Assembly (NCBI GenBank): GCA_937124615.1
Contig: CAKZKR010000043.1
Coordinates: 1,615-65,614, forward strand
Direction: 5' to 3'
DNA length: 64,000 nt
Source of the DNA: an uncultured bacterium
Lineage (GTDB): Bacteria > Hydrogenedentota > Hydrogenedentia > Hydrogenedentales > Hydrogenedentaceae
The notes beneath the pieces were generated by a model. That model made no database searches. It worked only from the letters and a program-made list of their open reading frames with translations, and was not told the origin of the DNA. The position numbers were made by a program, and so were the translations under genes. Shown one piece after another: positions 21,137 through 31,346 of this stretch (the first letter of the stretch is position 1; every line of letters begins with the position of its first letter).

Positions 21137-22129
21137 TACTAATTTACTCTGTTTAATCTTGTTATCCTGCTCAACCAACCAGGCAAGCCCATCATCTAAC
21201 ATCTGTATTATTTTAATCCCGTCACTGTCTCGCAAACCGGGGTGTTCTATCGGATACCAGCGTATTTCTTTAGGTTCACCTGCCGCTTTATATAATATTT
21301 TTCCTGCTTCTGGCGTAACCAGAGTATCCTGGTCACCATTCAAAAACAGTACCGGGGTAGGCGATGTCCCTTTTGCATAATTAATTGGGTCGGCTACTTT
21401 CATAATAAAAGAAACGATAGGTTTCCCAATAGCATGAAGCCATTTCGGTACATTGTTTTTAATAGCAGGGGCATCTAACATCAATTTTATATTTCCACCC
21501 CCAACAACAAGAATTGATGCCTTTATCCGCTTATCAAATACAGTAAAAGTAGTTCCTGTAATGGCTCCATAACTCGAACCAACAAGATAAATTCTATTGG
21601 GGTCTATATCAGGATGGGTCTGCAAATAATCCACAAGTCTCCGGGCATCGTTAATGGTTTTCCATGGACGTTGACGAAATGCTATGGCCTGTTTCAACCA
21701 TCCTCCCTTTACTTTTCGTTCTCCTTGCATACTCTGGTCAAAACTTACCATAGCAAACCCTTTTTCTATAAAGGGACCTCCTATTTCATGAATAAACCCT
21801 TTACTCTGCCCGATTCCATGAAGGAAAACAACACAGGGAACTTTCCCTTTTAATTCAGTGGGTAGTAATAATAGAGCCGGCACGCGTTCTCCCGGTCTAC
21901 TTTCATAAGAAAACTTTATGCTTTGAAAATGCCTGGGACGACGAACATTAAATACTTCTATCTCATCGTTAATTTCTTTAACCTCTTCTACTCTCGCATT
22001 TAATGGAAGACTCGGATTGTAGTTATTAAAATAGGTACGGTCTGCATAAAATTTAAATAAAAATAAAACAATAACCAATATTAAGACAGCAATACCGACC
22101 CACTTCATTATTTTTTTTACTATACTCAT
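21071..22129 (-). CDS. Membrane-anchored alpha/beta hydrolase (dienelactone hydrolase / S9-like)
   Basis: It has an N-terminal transmembrane segment and a nucleophile elbow GSSYG. The last ~22 codons read through the antisense strand of the tRNA-His gene. Confidence 0.65.
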   Translation of the reverse strand: MSIVKKIMKWVGIAVLILVIVLFLFKFYADRTYFNNYNPSLPLNARVEEVKEINDEIEVFNVRRPRHFQSIKFSYESRPGERVPALLLLPTELKGKVPCVVFLHGIGQSKGFIHEIGGPFIEKGFAMVSFDQSMQGERKVKGGWLKQAIAFRQRPWKTINDARRLVDYLQTHPDIDPNRIYLVGSSYGAITGTTFTVFDKRIKASILVVGGGNIKLMLDAPAIKNNVPKWLHAIGKPIVSFIMKVADPINYAKGTSPTPVLFLNGDQDTLVTPEAGKILYKAAGEPKEIRWYPIEHPGLRDSDGIKIIQMLDDGLAWLVEQDNKIKQSKLVWYRGWESNPGHLEPQSSALTN

Positions 22130-22223
22130 AAGACAACACTCCTTATCGCTCTGTTTAAAAAATTAATAAAACCCTTTTTATGACATTCTATTTAATAAAT
22201 TTGTTTCAATAACTAATTATCTC

Positions 22224-24524
22224 TTATGGATTCCTTCCCATAACAAAAGATATATCATTTGAAGCATTATTTGCAAAGATTAAATCATAAATACCATCTT
22301 TGTCAATATCAAAAGGAATACCGGATATAGGACTATGCCCTGCATAATAAAAATACGCTGATGAAAACTGCAAATTTCCTTTGTTTAGCACCACAGATAT
22401 AGTACTATCTCCATTAATCGATATTAAATCTGTAAACCCATTGCTATCAATATCCCAGGAGAACACCGACTTGGGGTTCTTTCCTATCTTAATGTCACCG
22501 GTGTTTACAAAAGTCCCATCCGGTTTGGCACCAAAAATTACTACTGTCTGCCCGGTAGGATGAACGGTCACGGCTTCTAAATCACCATCCCGGTCTAAAT
22601 CAACGAGGAGAAGTCCTCTCGGATTTCCATTTGTTGCATATCTCTTCTGAGTCCCTTTATCAAAGGTGCCATCTCCTTTACCAAACCAACATACAAAACG
22701 AGATGGGGCCTGGTCATTGGGGTCATCCGGATCTTTACTACTAACAAACAACAAATCTAATTTACCATCACGGTTTACATCTGCTAACTTTACAGCCATA
22801 GGGTAATTTCCCACTATCGTTTCTTTTGCAGAACCAAATGCACCTGTTCCATCTCCGAGGAGTACAGAGATAGTATCTGCACCCGGGTTGGCCGTTACAA
22901 TATCTTTATTCCCATCATTATTTACATCCCCCACAGCAATTGAAGAAGGATATGGACTATGTGAAAACGACGGCTCCTTTACAGAATAAGTCCCTTTCTT
23001 TTGAAAAAGACCCTGTCCATTATTCAGATAAACAGTTACTCCCATAACGCCTCTCTCACAAAAAACAAGGTCCACTGAATTATTATTTTTATCAATGGGT
23101 GTACATACAATAAATTGAACGATACCTGTAACATCTGTCTTACTTTTTTCTACTAAAGAGAGGTTTGTGTTGACTTGAAAAACTCTAAAATTAGCATTCC
23201 GATTGGAACATACAACGATCTCATTTGAAGAATTACCATCAAAATCACCAAAACTCATAGTCCCTATATCACCATCAAATAGAGGTCTCGTTTCTATTTT
23301 ATTGAAAGTTTTTCCATCTCCATAAATCACACCTATACGGTTTAAACCTGAAAGGGTAAAAACTAAATCCTTATGCGTATCTGCATTTAAATCCACTTTA
23401 TCTATATCAATAGCACCTATTCCCAGATTTATTGTCTTTTGATAAACAAAAGTTCCCGATTGATTCCCATAAAAAATCTCCGCAGAGGCCAAAGGTCCAA
23501 TTGCTGATGCTCCTGTACTTAATGTTAATTCTCCATATAACAATCCAACTAAATCTATGTATCCGTCTTCATTCAGATCCTCCAATAAAAATTTCATCGG
23601 AAGTGCACACGATTGTATGGTCCCTGCTGATGTAAAACCTCCATTATCATATATTAGCAAAGAATAATTTCCACTACCTGCATTGGCAACGACTAAATCC
23701 AGATAAGTATCACCATTAATATCCATCGAATCAACACACCTTGGATATGTCCCCACATTATAGTCATTTTTTACAGAGAACGGATTATCCGGCTGGCTTA
23801 AAAATACCGAGATATTATTACTATCCCGATTGGAAACTACTAAATCTACTTCACCATTTTTATCCAAATCCACGGGTAATAGCCATCGTGGAGTATCCCC
23901 ACACTTAACATAGTGGATTTCTGTCCATGTACGATTCCCGTTATTTAATGTATAACCAACTTCTCCCATTCCCGACTCCGCTATTATCATATCAACATAT
24001 CCGTCCTTTTTAATATCGGAAAATGCCAGAGCCAGAGGTTTCGCCCCTTCTCTCAAAGGAATTGTTTCTGCTTCTTCAAAAGTTCCATCTCCTTTCCCAT
24101 AGAGTAAAGATACAGAGTTTCCATTTTGATTAACTACAGCAAGGTCATCATACCCATCTCCATCTATATCGATGCTTATTATCATTCCGGGACCTTTTCC
24201 TACTTGATAATCTACATGCAGATTAAAATTCCCCTTCTCAGAATTGCGTAACAAAACAGCCACATTATTCGTATCATAATTAGTAACTGCAATATCGGGT
24301 GCCCCGTCTCGATTAAAATCTCCGTGGGTTAAATAATGACTGATACCACCTGTCGGATAATGATAAGGAGAGTGAAAAAAACGAACCTTAACATTTGGGT
24401 CGGAATTTTCCATCCCATCACAACCCGAGAACAAAAAAACAGTAATTAAAAACAAACAGAAACTATATTGTAAAAAAAGAATTTTATGCATAATATACCT
24501 TCTATCGGTTATACTTTTATACAT
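22224..24524 (-). CDS. Secreted FG-GAP/VCBS repeat protein (integrin-alpha-like beta-propeller repeats)
   Basis: It has a signal peptide. The pattern DxDGDGxxDL/V recurs (DIDGDGYDDLAV, DINGDTYLDLVV, DLDRDGDLEAV). Confidence 0.75.
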   Translation of the reverse strand: MYKSITDRRYIMHKILFLQYSFCLFLITVFLFSGCDGMENSDPNVKVRFFHSPYHYPTGGISHYLTHGDFNRDGAPDIAVTNYDTNNVAVLLRNSEKGNFNLHVDYQVGKGPGMIISIDIDGDGYDDLAVVNQNGNSVSLLYGKGDGTFEEAETIPLREGAKPLALAFSDIKKDGYVDMIIAESGMGEVGYTLNNGNRTWTEIHYVKCGDTPRWLLPVDLDKNGEVDLVVSNRDSNNISVFLSQPDNPFSVKNDYNVGTYPRCVDSMDINGDTYLDLVVANAGSGNYSLLIYDNGGFTSAGTIQSCALPMKFLLEDLNEDGYIDLVGLLYGELTLSTGASAIGPLASAEIFYGNQSGTFVYQKTINLGIGAIDIDKVDLNADTHKDLVFTLSGLNRIGVIYGDGKTFNKIETRPLFDGDIGTMSFGDFDGNSSNEIVVCSNRNANFRVFQVNTNLSLVEKSKTDVTGIVQFIVCTPIDKNNNSVDLVFCERGVMGVTVYLNNGQGLFQKKGTYSVKEPSFSHSPYPSSIAVGDVNNDGNKDIVTANPGADTISVLLGDGTGAFGSAKETIVGNYPMAVKLADVNRDGKLDLLFVSSKDPDDPNDQAPSRFVCWFGKGDGTFDKGTQKRYATNGNPRGLLLVDLDRDGDLEAVTVHPTGQTVVIFGAKPDGTFVNTGDIKIGKNPKSVFSWDIDSNGFTDLISINGDSTISVVLNKGNLQFSSAYFYYAGHSPISGIPFDIDKDGIYDLIFANNASNDISFVMGRNP

Positions 24525-24585
24525 GATATCCGTCCAAAATATAATGTTGAAAATATATTATATTATATAGAAAAGCACCTTTTTT

Positions 24586-25299
24586 ATGAAAAGAATCTCT
24601 GTTGTTTCCGATTTACATATATTTTGTTCCCGTTCCAATTGGAAAACAAAACTATATGCAATAGAAGAAGCCCTTCAATCTTCGGATATATTCGTATTTA
24701 ATGGCGATACTTTTGATTTTCATTGGGTCGAAGAAAAAACGAACGAGCAAGTTTTTCAGAAAGCCATCGATTTTTTAAAGAACCTTGCAAAAAAAAATCC
24801 ACAATGCCATATCCATCTTAACTTAGGGAATCACGACCACCGTAGGGAATTTTGTCAACTTTTAGAACAATTAGAAAAGGAAATCCCTAATTTTTCATGG
24901 CATCCTTATTATCTGAAAGTAGGAAAAATTGTTTTTCTACATGGTGATGTGTCTATTCGCAAAATGAGCCATAGTCAATTAACAAAATATCGTGGCAGAT
25001 GGGAACGCAAACCACTGCGAAGGAGTTCCATTGTCAATCAAATCTACGATGTAGCGGTTCATATGCGGACCCATGTGGCTTTATCCCATATTTATTTTCG
25101 TCATCGGAGAACAGCACGGAATTTACTCTGGTATCTCGACGAGTTAGAATTGGGTAGCGACGCAGGTATATCTGAGGTATATTTTGGTCACACACATGTT
25201 CCTTTACGGAACTTTCGTTATAAAGGAATTACTTTCCACAATACAGGAACCGCATACAAAGGGATGAAACTTCGAATCCTTCGCACTCTGGTTTTATAG
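24586..25299 (+). CDS. Calcineurin-like metallophosphoesterase (LpxH-like)
   Basis: The motifs DLH, GDTFDFHW, GNHDH and LHGD match the metallophosphoesterase signature D-x-H ... GD ... GNH[DE]. Confidence 0.7.
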   Translation: MKRISVVSDLHIFCSRSNWKTKLYAIEEALQSSDIFVFNGDTFDFHWVEEKTNEQVFQKAIDFLKNLAKKNPQCHIHLNLGNHDHRREFCQLLEQLEKEIPNFSWHPYYLKVGKIVFLHGDVSIRKMSHSQLTKYRGRWERKPLRRSSIVNQIYDVAVHMRTHVALSHIYFRHRRTARNLLWYLDELELGSDAGISEVYFGHTHVPLRNFRYKGITFHNTGTAYKGMKLRILRTLVL

Positions 25300-25344
25300 T
25301 GTCCTTACCACTCTGTAATAAAAATGACTCCTATGCTGTTCTAT

Positions 25345-26097
25345 CTATAATCCAAGGTCGTCCATAACTTTGTTTTGTTTGTTTGAATAATCATTCTGGA
25401 TATTTCCCACGCTCTGGCGAGAATACGAACCTACAGCCCCTGATGAGTTGGTCATACCATTTATTTGTTGTTGAATAGCTATACCACCTGTAACAGAATT
25501 CATAGGATATGTCCCTGCCACAGGTGTACTGGGGGTAGGAACTTGTGATGTTTGACCTCCTGCAATCCCTGGATGCAAAACAGCCCCTGTCTGCGAATTG
25601 TAAATGAACGCCTGCCCACTACTCGTCCGCGGGACAAAACTCAAATAAGAGGGATAAAGACTATCTAATGTCGCCGGATAATAACCTGTTGCCTGTGCAT
25701 ACTGGACTATTGCATACTTAACTTGTTCCATCTTACGGACATCTTCTGTTGGTATACTCGCAGGTACTATAATTACCTGACCGGTCCCAGGGTCGAAACT
25801 ATAAACACTATCTCCTGACGGCAAAGGCAATGAAGGCAAATATTGGGGAACTAAATCATTTAGAGAGGTCGGATATCGTCCATTTTCTGCTCTGAAAGTT
25901 TGAATAGCCCGTTCAAGATTTATCTTGCCTGTTTGGTCCGCAATACCTTGAACCTGTCTCTGTATGCTTTTCATTTGTTGAGCCTGTAATTCTCCCTGTA
26001 TGGCTGTAGTGGTAAGCAACTCTACACCACAACCTGAAATAACAAATGACATAATCCCAAAAACCGTGATTATCAAAAAAGTAAACGGTAACTGCAT
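25345..26097 (-). CDS. Lipoprotein with two tandem pseudopilin (GspG)-like domains and a Gly/Ser/Thr-rich tail
   Basis: The signal peptide has a lipobox (VISGCG). Two internal repeats, ENGRYPTSLNDLVPQYLP and ATGYYPATLDSLYPSYL, resemble the conserved GspG core (DNGRYPTTEQGL). No prepilin leader is present. Confidence 0.5.
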   Translation of the reverse strand: MQLPFTFLIITVFGIMSFVISGCGVELLTTTAIQGELQAQQMKSIQRQVQGIADQTGKINLERAIQTFRAENGRYPTSLNDLVPQYLPSLPLPSGDSVYSFDPGTGQVIIVPASIPTEDVRKMEQVKYAIVQYAQATGYYPATLDSLYPSYLSFVPRTSSGQAFIYNSQTGAVLHPGIAGGQTSQVPTPSTPVAGTYPMNSVTGGIAIQQQINGMTNSSGAVGSYSRQSVGNIQNDYSNKQNKVMDDLGL

Positions 26098-26192
26098 GAC
26101 GAAACTCCTTCTAACTTACTTATTTATCCTATTAGTATTCTATCATTAAAACGATATTTATCCATACATTGTTTCCTATATTTCAACCATTT

Positions 26193-26228
26193 AAAAAACT
26201 ACCGGCGTGCGTTTTTCAACACACGCCG
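26193..26228 (-). terminator. Rho-independent terminator downstream of the FlgM-like gene
   Basis: A 7 bp GC-rich stem (CGGCGTG/CACGCCG) is followed on the minus strand by a T-run. Confidence 0.5.
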
Positions 26229-26254
26229 ATAAAAATGGCAAACTTAATATATTA

Positions 26255-26590
26255 TTACCTTAATATTTTTAGAATCTTCTCTGCCACCTTTTGTACTACT
26301 TCCGGCTTCTTATAATCTTCCCGTTCTAAATGTTGTCTTGCTTCTTCTATTTTCTCCGGACGAATTGCCTCTTGCTCTTTACTAACTTGTATTAACCGCG
26401 ATAATTCTGCGGCCGCTTGGGCTTCAGAACTAATAACGACCTGGTCTTCTTTGGGAATATCTGCTTTACCCGAACCTTTTACATCTTTAACTGAACTATC
26501 GCGGTCGCTCTTCACTTTTGTCGGTTTTTCCGGCACCGGTTCTGGTATCCCACCGACACTTTGAATTCCGACCATTTTACTTTCCTCCAA
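26255..26590 (-). CDS. Anti-sigma-28 factor FlgM-like protein
   Basis: The 111 aa product has a C-terminus (IEEARQHLEREDYKKPEVVQKVAEKILKIL) that resembles the conserved FlgM C-terminal sigma-28-binding helices. Confidence 0.55.
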   Translation of the reverse strand: MEESKMVGIQSVGGIPEPVPEKPTKVKSDRDSSVKDVKGSGKADIPKEDQVVISSEAQAAAELSRLIQVSKEQEAIRPEKIEEARQHLEREDYKKPEVVQKVAEKILKILR

Positions 26591-26809
26591 ACATATATTT
26601 TATTTTACATATAATTTATCGGCAAAATAAACCTGTTTCTTTAATAAAAATCCATTTTTTTTATAAAAACATAACTTATTGAAATATAATTATTTAATAC
26701 ACAATCCTCTTCAACAAAACGGTTGGAATTTCTTTTAGTATCCGGTTATGCTTTATTATAACAAAATTATATTAAATACTCAAAGGTAATTATAAACTTT
26801 ACAACTTAT

Positions 26810-28213
26810 ATGAGATATATATATAAATTTTCTTTTATTGCTATTGTTTTCCTTTTTATTTTTACGGCAATTCTTGTTTTTCTTCGGGTACCGGAAAAGG
26901 AGTTTAAGGGATACCTTGTGAAGGATACAGGTCTATTTGTATATTTTGCCGATTTTCCTTCATTCTGGAGTTCTTTTAAAAAAGACACTATTGCTATTTC
27001 TGCATCTAAACACCTTTTTAACTATTTTTATGATATAGAACTTTTTTTTCGGAAAAGATTTGGTATAAGACCAACTCCATTGCGTTGGAAAATCTGGGCT
27101 GGAAAACCTTTACTGATAAGTTGGAATACATCCGGTGATTACTTGCTATCATTCAAACCCAGCCTTTTGTTCCGCCTATTCATCCTACCTTCACTCAACA
27201 TAAAAAACGCTATTGAAATAAATAAAACCGATACCGAAACAAAGTTTTATTATTTATGGAAAGGGGAAGAACTTCTAATTAGTAATACAGAAACCACTTT
27301 TAACCAAATTATCCCCTTTACTTCCAAACCACTAAATATGAGTAAAAGTATGGCTTGTATAAGGATAGAAAAAGGTTTGAACGCACTCCTTTTTATTCAT
27401 GCAGAAAATAAACTCTTTATGGATGGAAAAATTATTCTGGACAAATGGGTAGAAGACAATTTCCTTAACCTAACAAATTTTCAAGACTCTAATCTTTCAT
27501 TTGCTTTCCCCTATAAACCCATAATAAGTCTATTATCCGAGACTTATATAAAAAACCTTGTTATATCACCGCTACCTGAAAAAGTTTCACAACCTTTGTT
27601 TATATGGTTATCATCTTTTAAGAATACCTCCATTGAAAAATTGTATCATCAATTTTTGCAAAAAAAGATGCTAGAAAACGCTATCCTTTTCTACAACAGA
27701 ACATCTGAAAAGTTTTCCAACCCTATACCCGAATTTGGTTTATGGTTTCCCTATGAAAAAAATAATATTCAATACCTTCTTTCTGAACTTGATTTGGACT
27801 GGCAATATTATATAAAAAAATGGGGCCCTTACAAAGGATATATTGTTCCTATATGGAACAATGCTTTCTGCCTTTCTCTGCTTTACTATCAAAAGGGGTG
27901 GTTAATATGTTCCCAAGAACCACTGATGGCAAAAATAGTAGATTTGATTGGAGAGAGCAAAAATAATCAAAGAACTTCTCGTATACTGACCGTAAATTTT
28001 AGTCAACTTAGTGATGACTTAGAAAAAATTTTCCTTTGGGGTGCTCAAAAGGAATTCATAATCGATATAAATGAAAGAGATATGACGAACCTTTTTTCTC
28101 CATGGAAAGAATTTTTTAAAGAAATTGGGACATTCACTATTAACACTCGTACTATTCAGCATGATAAAGAAACTTCTATTTTCATCAGTGGGGGATTTAC
28201 TAATGAGAATTAG
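26810..28213 (+). CDS. Hypothetical membrane-anchored protein
   Basis: It has an N-terminal transmembrane helix (FIAIVFLFIFTAILVFL) and an aromatic-rich body. No motifs were recognised. It is the first of six co-directional genes. Confidence 0.5.
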   Translation: MRYIYKFSFIAIVFLFIFTAILVFLRVPEKEFKGYLVKDTGLFVYFADFPSFWSSFKKDTIAISASKHLFNYFYDIELFFRKRFGIRPTPLRWKIWAGKPLLISWNTSGDYLLSFKPSLLFRLFILPSLNIKNAIEINKTDTETKFYYLWKGEELLISNTETTFNQIIPFTSKPLNMSKSMACIRIEKGLNALLFIHAENKLFMDGKIILDKWVEDNFLNLTNFQDSNLSFAFPYKPIISLLSETYIKNLVISPLPEKVSQPLFIWLSSFKNTSIEKLYHQFLQKKMLENAILFYNRTSEKFSNPIPEFGLWFPYEKNNIQYLLSELDLDWQYYIKKWGPYKGYIVPIWNNAFCLSLLYYQKGWLICSQEPLMAKIVDLIGESKNNQRTSRILTVNFSQLSDDLEKIFLWGAQKEFIIDINERDMTNLFSPWKEFFKEIGTFTINTRTIQHDKETSIFISGGFTNEN

Positions 28214-29996
28214 GAACATTATCTTCCCCTACATCATTTTTATTATTCTACAAATACATGTTTTAACATATCCAGACACTCCGGGAAATGAGGATTGTTT
28301 GCTAATTGGAAATGAAAACTTACTCGTTGGCATAAAAAATGACGGGAGTATTTCTTTTTCAAGATGGCATGGAGTCGGAGGAAGTAATCATATAGGACAT
28401 TATTACGATACCTCTCAACAAATTACAGATAATAAACCCCTTCTTGAACCAACCGCATTTCTATTACAAGTTCAGGATTCTCTTTACTATTTGACGGGGT
28501 CCCATAACAATCTTGTTCAGGGGAAATATACAAAACCTGAAATTCCTTTGCTTGAATTCGAGGGGAGGACAGAAAATAAAGAAATAACATGGCAACAGGA
28601 AGTTTTTGTTCATCCTACCCGGGACATTATTTGTATCCGTTTCAATTTTAATACCAACCTGCAGGAGGATATAAACGAATATTTTATATCTTATCAGGAT
28701 ATCTCCCCCAAACCTTTACCCATTCCTGAAAATGCTTTTCTAAATAGCATAGACCAATTTCAGAAAGATTTTTGTGTCTTTTGGGATAAAATTCTCCAAA
28801 CACTGGTATATTTTCGTCCCTATAAAGCAGGAATATCCGATTTGCACAGGCTACAGCAAATAAAAAGTTCTTCTGATATACCTCAAAAATTTTGGCGCAA
28901 ATTTGAGGAAGGAGTCTATATTGGGATTTCATCTATAAATCCGATTAAGGGGACCAATATTTTTGTATGCCCAATGTTAGATACTCAACTCTCACACATT
29001 GCAAGTCAGGGATTTCCTACAAACTTACATACTTTCGATGATTTTTCTTCATCACTTGTTATTGAACCCACAAAAGCGGTAAATCATACAAAAGAAATTC
29101 ATCTCTTCTATATTTTTGCAAGTAACTATTCAGAAATGGAAAAAACTATTCAGTGGCTCAAAACGCAGGACTATAGCCGGGTTAAAGAAGAGTTTTATTC
29201 TCATTGGAAAACGAAATGGGATATAGCGAGGGAAAATATAAAAGAAAATATTGCAAGTAATTGGTTAAAACTATATTTATGCTCCGAAGCAACAACGGGA
29301 GCAATCTTAACACAACCCTTTGACCCCATTTTAGGAAATCAAATATCATTACGAGATTCTTTTTTGTTAATTCAATCTATAAAAGATATGAATATGACCG
29401 ATTTTTCAAAAAAAATGGTTCTTTTCTGGTTCAAAATTGGGAAAGAACGAAATAATACATCAAAACAAACTTTTCCTCTTCGAGTTTATCCTGACGGGAC
29501 CCCTGCCTGTCCTGATTATTGGGCTGATATTACTCAAACTTCTTACTTTATTTCTATGGTTGATTCTTTAATGGACAATATGAACTTCCAGGAAAAAAAG
29601 GATTTTCTAAATGAAATATGGGATGTCCTTGTATGGGGCATTAACAACCTTTGTCTGTGGAGAATTCCCGGAGACTTACTTCCGGCCCCTTCATTTATGG
29701 AAATACTAAATCGAGATTCACAAACAGCCAATCTCCTTATCAACACTATCATTGGAATACAAAAGGGCCTACAACTGGCAAAAACAATATACCAACCTAT
29801 ACCCGAATTCTGGGAAACAAGAGATAGAGAACTTCAAACATGGATTCGTCTTGCAATATTAAAAAAGGAAGCCCTGGAAATATTCCCCAATAAGGAGTCC
29901 CCCTACTGGAAAAAAGTTTTCCCATCAAATCATATCATCTGGCAAATTCCTGTAAAATATAATGGGAGTATAATACTTCTAAAAGATATTAACTAA
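28203..29996 (+). CDS. Hypothetical secreted protein (597 aa)
   Basis: The start ATGAGAATTAG overlaps the upstream stop by 11 nt, which suggests translational coupling. A signal peptide is present. Confidence 0.5.
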   Translation: MRIRNIIFPYIIFIILQIHVLTYPDTPGNEDCLLIGNENLLVGIKNDGSISFSRWHGVGGSNHIGHYYDTSQQITDNKPLLEPTAFLLQVQDSLYYLTGSHNNLVQGKYTKPEIPLLEFEGRTENKEITWQQEVFVHPTRDIICIRFNFNTNLQEDINEYFISYQDISPKPLPIPENAFLNSIDQFQKDFCVFWDKILQTLVYFRPYKAGISDLHRLQQIKSSSDIPQKFWRKFEEGVYIGISSINPIKGTNIFVCPMLDTQLSHIASQGFPTNLHTFDDFSSSLVIEPTKAVNHTKEIHLFYIFASNYSEMEKTIQWLKTQDYSRVKEEFYSHWKTKWDIARENIKENIASNWLKLYLCSEATTGAILTQPFDPILGNQISLRDSFLLIQSIKDMNMTDFSKKMVLFWFKIGKERNNTSKQTFPLRVYPDGTPACPDYWADITQTSYFISMVDSLMDNMNFQEKKDFLNEIWDVLVWGINNLCLWRIPGDLLPAPSFMEILNRDSQTANLLINTIIGIQKGLQLAKTIYQPIPEFWETRDRELQTWIRLAILKKEALEIFPNKESPYWKKVFPSNHIIWQIPVKYNGSIILLKDIN

Positions 29997-30028
29997 AAGT
30001 TTGCCAAATTTTATAAAAGAAATACCCC

Positions 30029-30487
30029 ATGGGCACAAAGTATAAACGAGAGAGGTATATAGATAAAGAAGATTTCCATAAGGTAATAGGATTCCGTTTA
30101 TACAAAAGGAGGAATATTTTCTTTTTCCTATTTTTTCTTTGTACCTGTATGTTCATTTCTTCAGGGCTCCTTCTGAACAAATACAATCTGGAGAGAAAAC
30201 CGATTTACACAGAGGGGATTGTCATTGAGAAAAAAACTGGAAATACTGATAAGAATAGGATATCCTCCCCGGAAACAATTGGTTGCTGGATTACCATTGA
30301 ATTCTCGTTAAGAAACGGGAAGAAAGTTAATAAAACAATTCCACTCGAAAGAGAATTTTGCCCACATATCAACATAGGAGACATTCTCTCTGTGTTATAT
30401 CACTATAATTCCTGGAAAGGCTCTATCGAGATTGCCTCATATAGTCGTTTCCCGATTCAGCAAGGTACCGAGCAAGAGAAAAATTGA
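30029..30487 (+). CDS. Hypothetical single-pass membrane protein (DUF3592-like topology)
   Basis: A transmembrane helix (FFFLFFLCTCMFISSGLLL) is followed by a small beta-rich domain. Confidence 0.4.
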   Translation: MGTKYKRERYIDKEDFHKVIGFRLYKRRNIFFFLFFLCTCMFISSGLLLNKYNLERKPIYTEGIVIEKKTGNTDKNRISSPETIGCWITIEFSLRNGKKVNKTIPLEREFCPHINIGDILSVLYHYNSWKGSIEIASYSRFPIQQGTEQEKN

Positions 30488-30553
30488 CGGCATAAGCGTT
30501 ATAATATAAGAAGTTCAAAAATTCAACAATAAATTTATATATCAGGAAAAAAC

Positions 30554-31045
30554 ATGACGCTAAATCGTGAAGAAATGTACCGCATTTTTTCAGAAACCGT
30601 AATTATTAAGAAACCAAGATATGGAATTATCAAGGGCTATCACGAATTACCTTATATTTGCATTGGTAATGCATTGGAATCGAGTTATGGTTCTTTTTAT
30701 GTCCGTGGTAAAATACATGTCTCTCCTCAATTTGTTATAAAACCGTCTTATTATAAAACAAAATATAGCGACCTTTTTGGTGAAGATAATGTAAATATGG
30801 AGATTGCGGGTCGGATCTTTGGCTTTATTGGTTTTCCTGACAAACCTGTAGAATGCAAATCCGAATTTTTGGAAGTGAAACATTTGGGAGAGAATATTGA
30901 TACCGCGTTGTCTAATAATCTGGATGAACTGGAGCGAAAGGAAGATATAACTACGGGTATTTTCATTACACCGGACAGCCGTTATTATCCTATTTCAATT
31001 GAAAGGTTTATCACTTCAATATTGGACGATGAGTTTTCATTTTAA
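30554..31045 (+). CDS. Hypothetical protein
   Basis: It is an ORF of reasonable composition sitting in the operon. No motifs were recognised. Confidence 0.4.
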   Translation: MTLNREEMYRIFSETVIIKKPRYGIIKGYHELPYICIGNALESSYGSFYVRGKIHVSPQFVIKPSYYKTKYSDLFGEDNVNMEIAGRIFGFIGFPDKPVECKSEFLEVKHLGENIDTALSNNLDELERKEDITTGIFITPDSRYYPISIERFITSILDDEFSF

Positions 31046-31057
31046 GGAGGGAATGAT

Positions 31058-31339
31058 ATGAAAAGCGCCTATGAACTTGCTATGGAAAGACTTAACAAAA
31101 TGAATGGGGAAGTCAGAAAATTGTCCCCGGAACAAAAAGAAAAAATTGCAGAAATAAACCGAAAATATGACTCTAAAATCGCAGAGGTCAAAATCTCCTT
31201 TGAATCTAAAATGAATGGTGTTGCCTCATATGAAGAAATGGAGGCTATCAAGACAGACATGAGTAGAGAAATCCAGAAATTAGAAGAGGAAAGACAAAAG
31301 GAAAAGGATAAAATCTGGGAAAAAAATACGGAAGAGTAA
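31058..31339 (+). CDS. Hypothetical coiled-coil protein
   Basis: The 93 aa product is rich in Lys and Glu and reads as coiled coil. An SD-like GGAGGG lies upstream. Confidence 0.4.
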   Translation: MKSAYELAMERLNKMNGEVRKLSPEQKEKIAEINRKYDSKIAEVKISFESKMNGVASYEEMEAIKTDMSREIQKLEEERQKEKDKIWEKNTEE

Positions 31340-31346
31340 AAAAATT

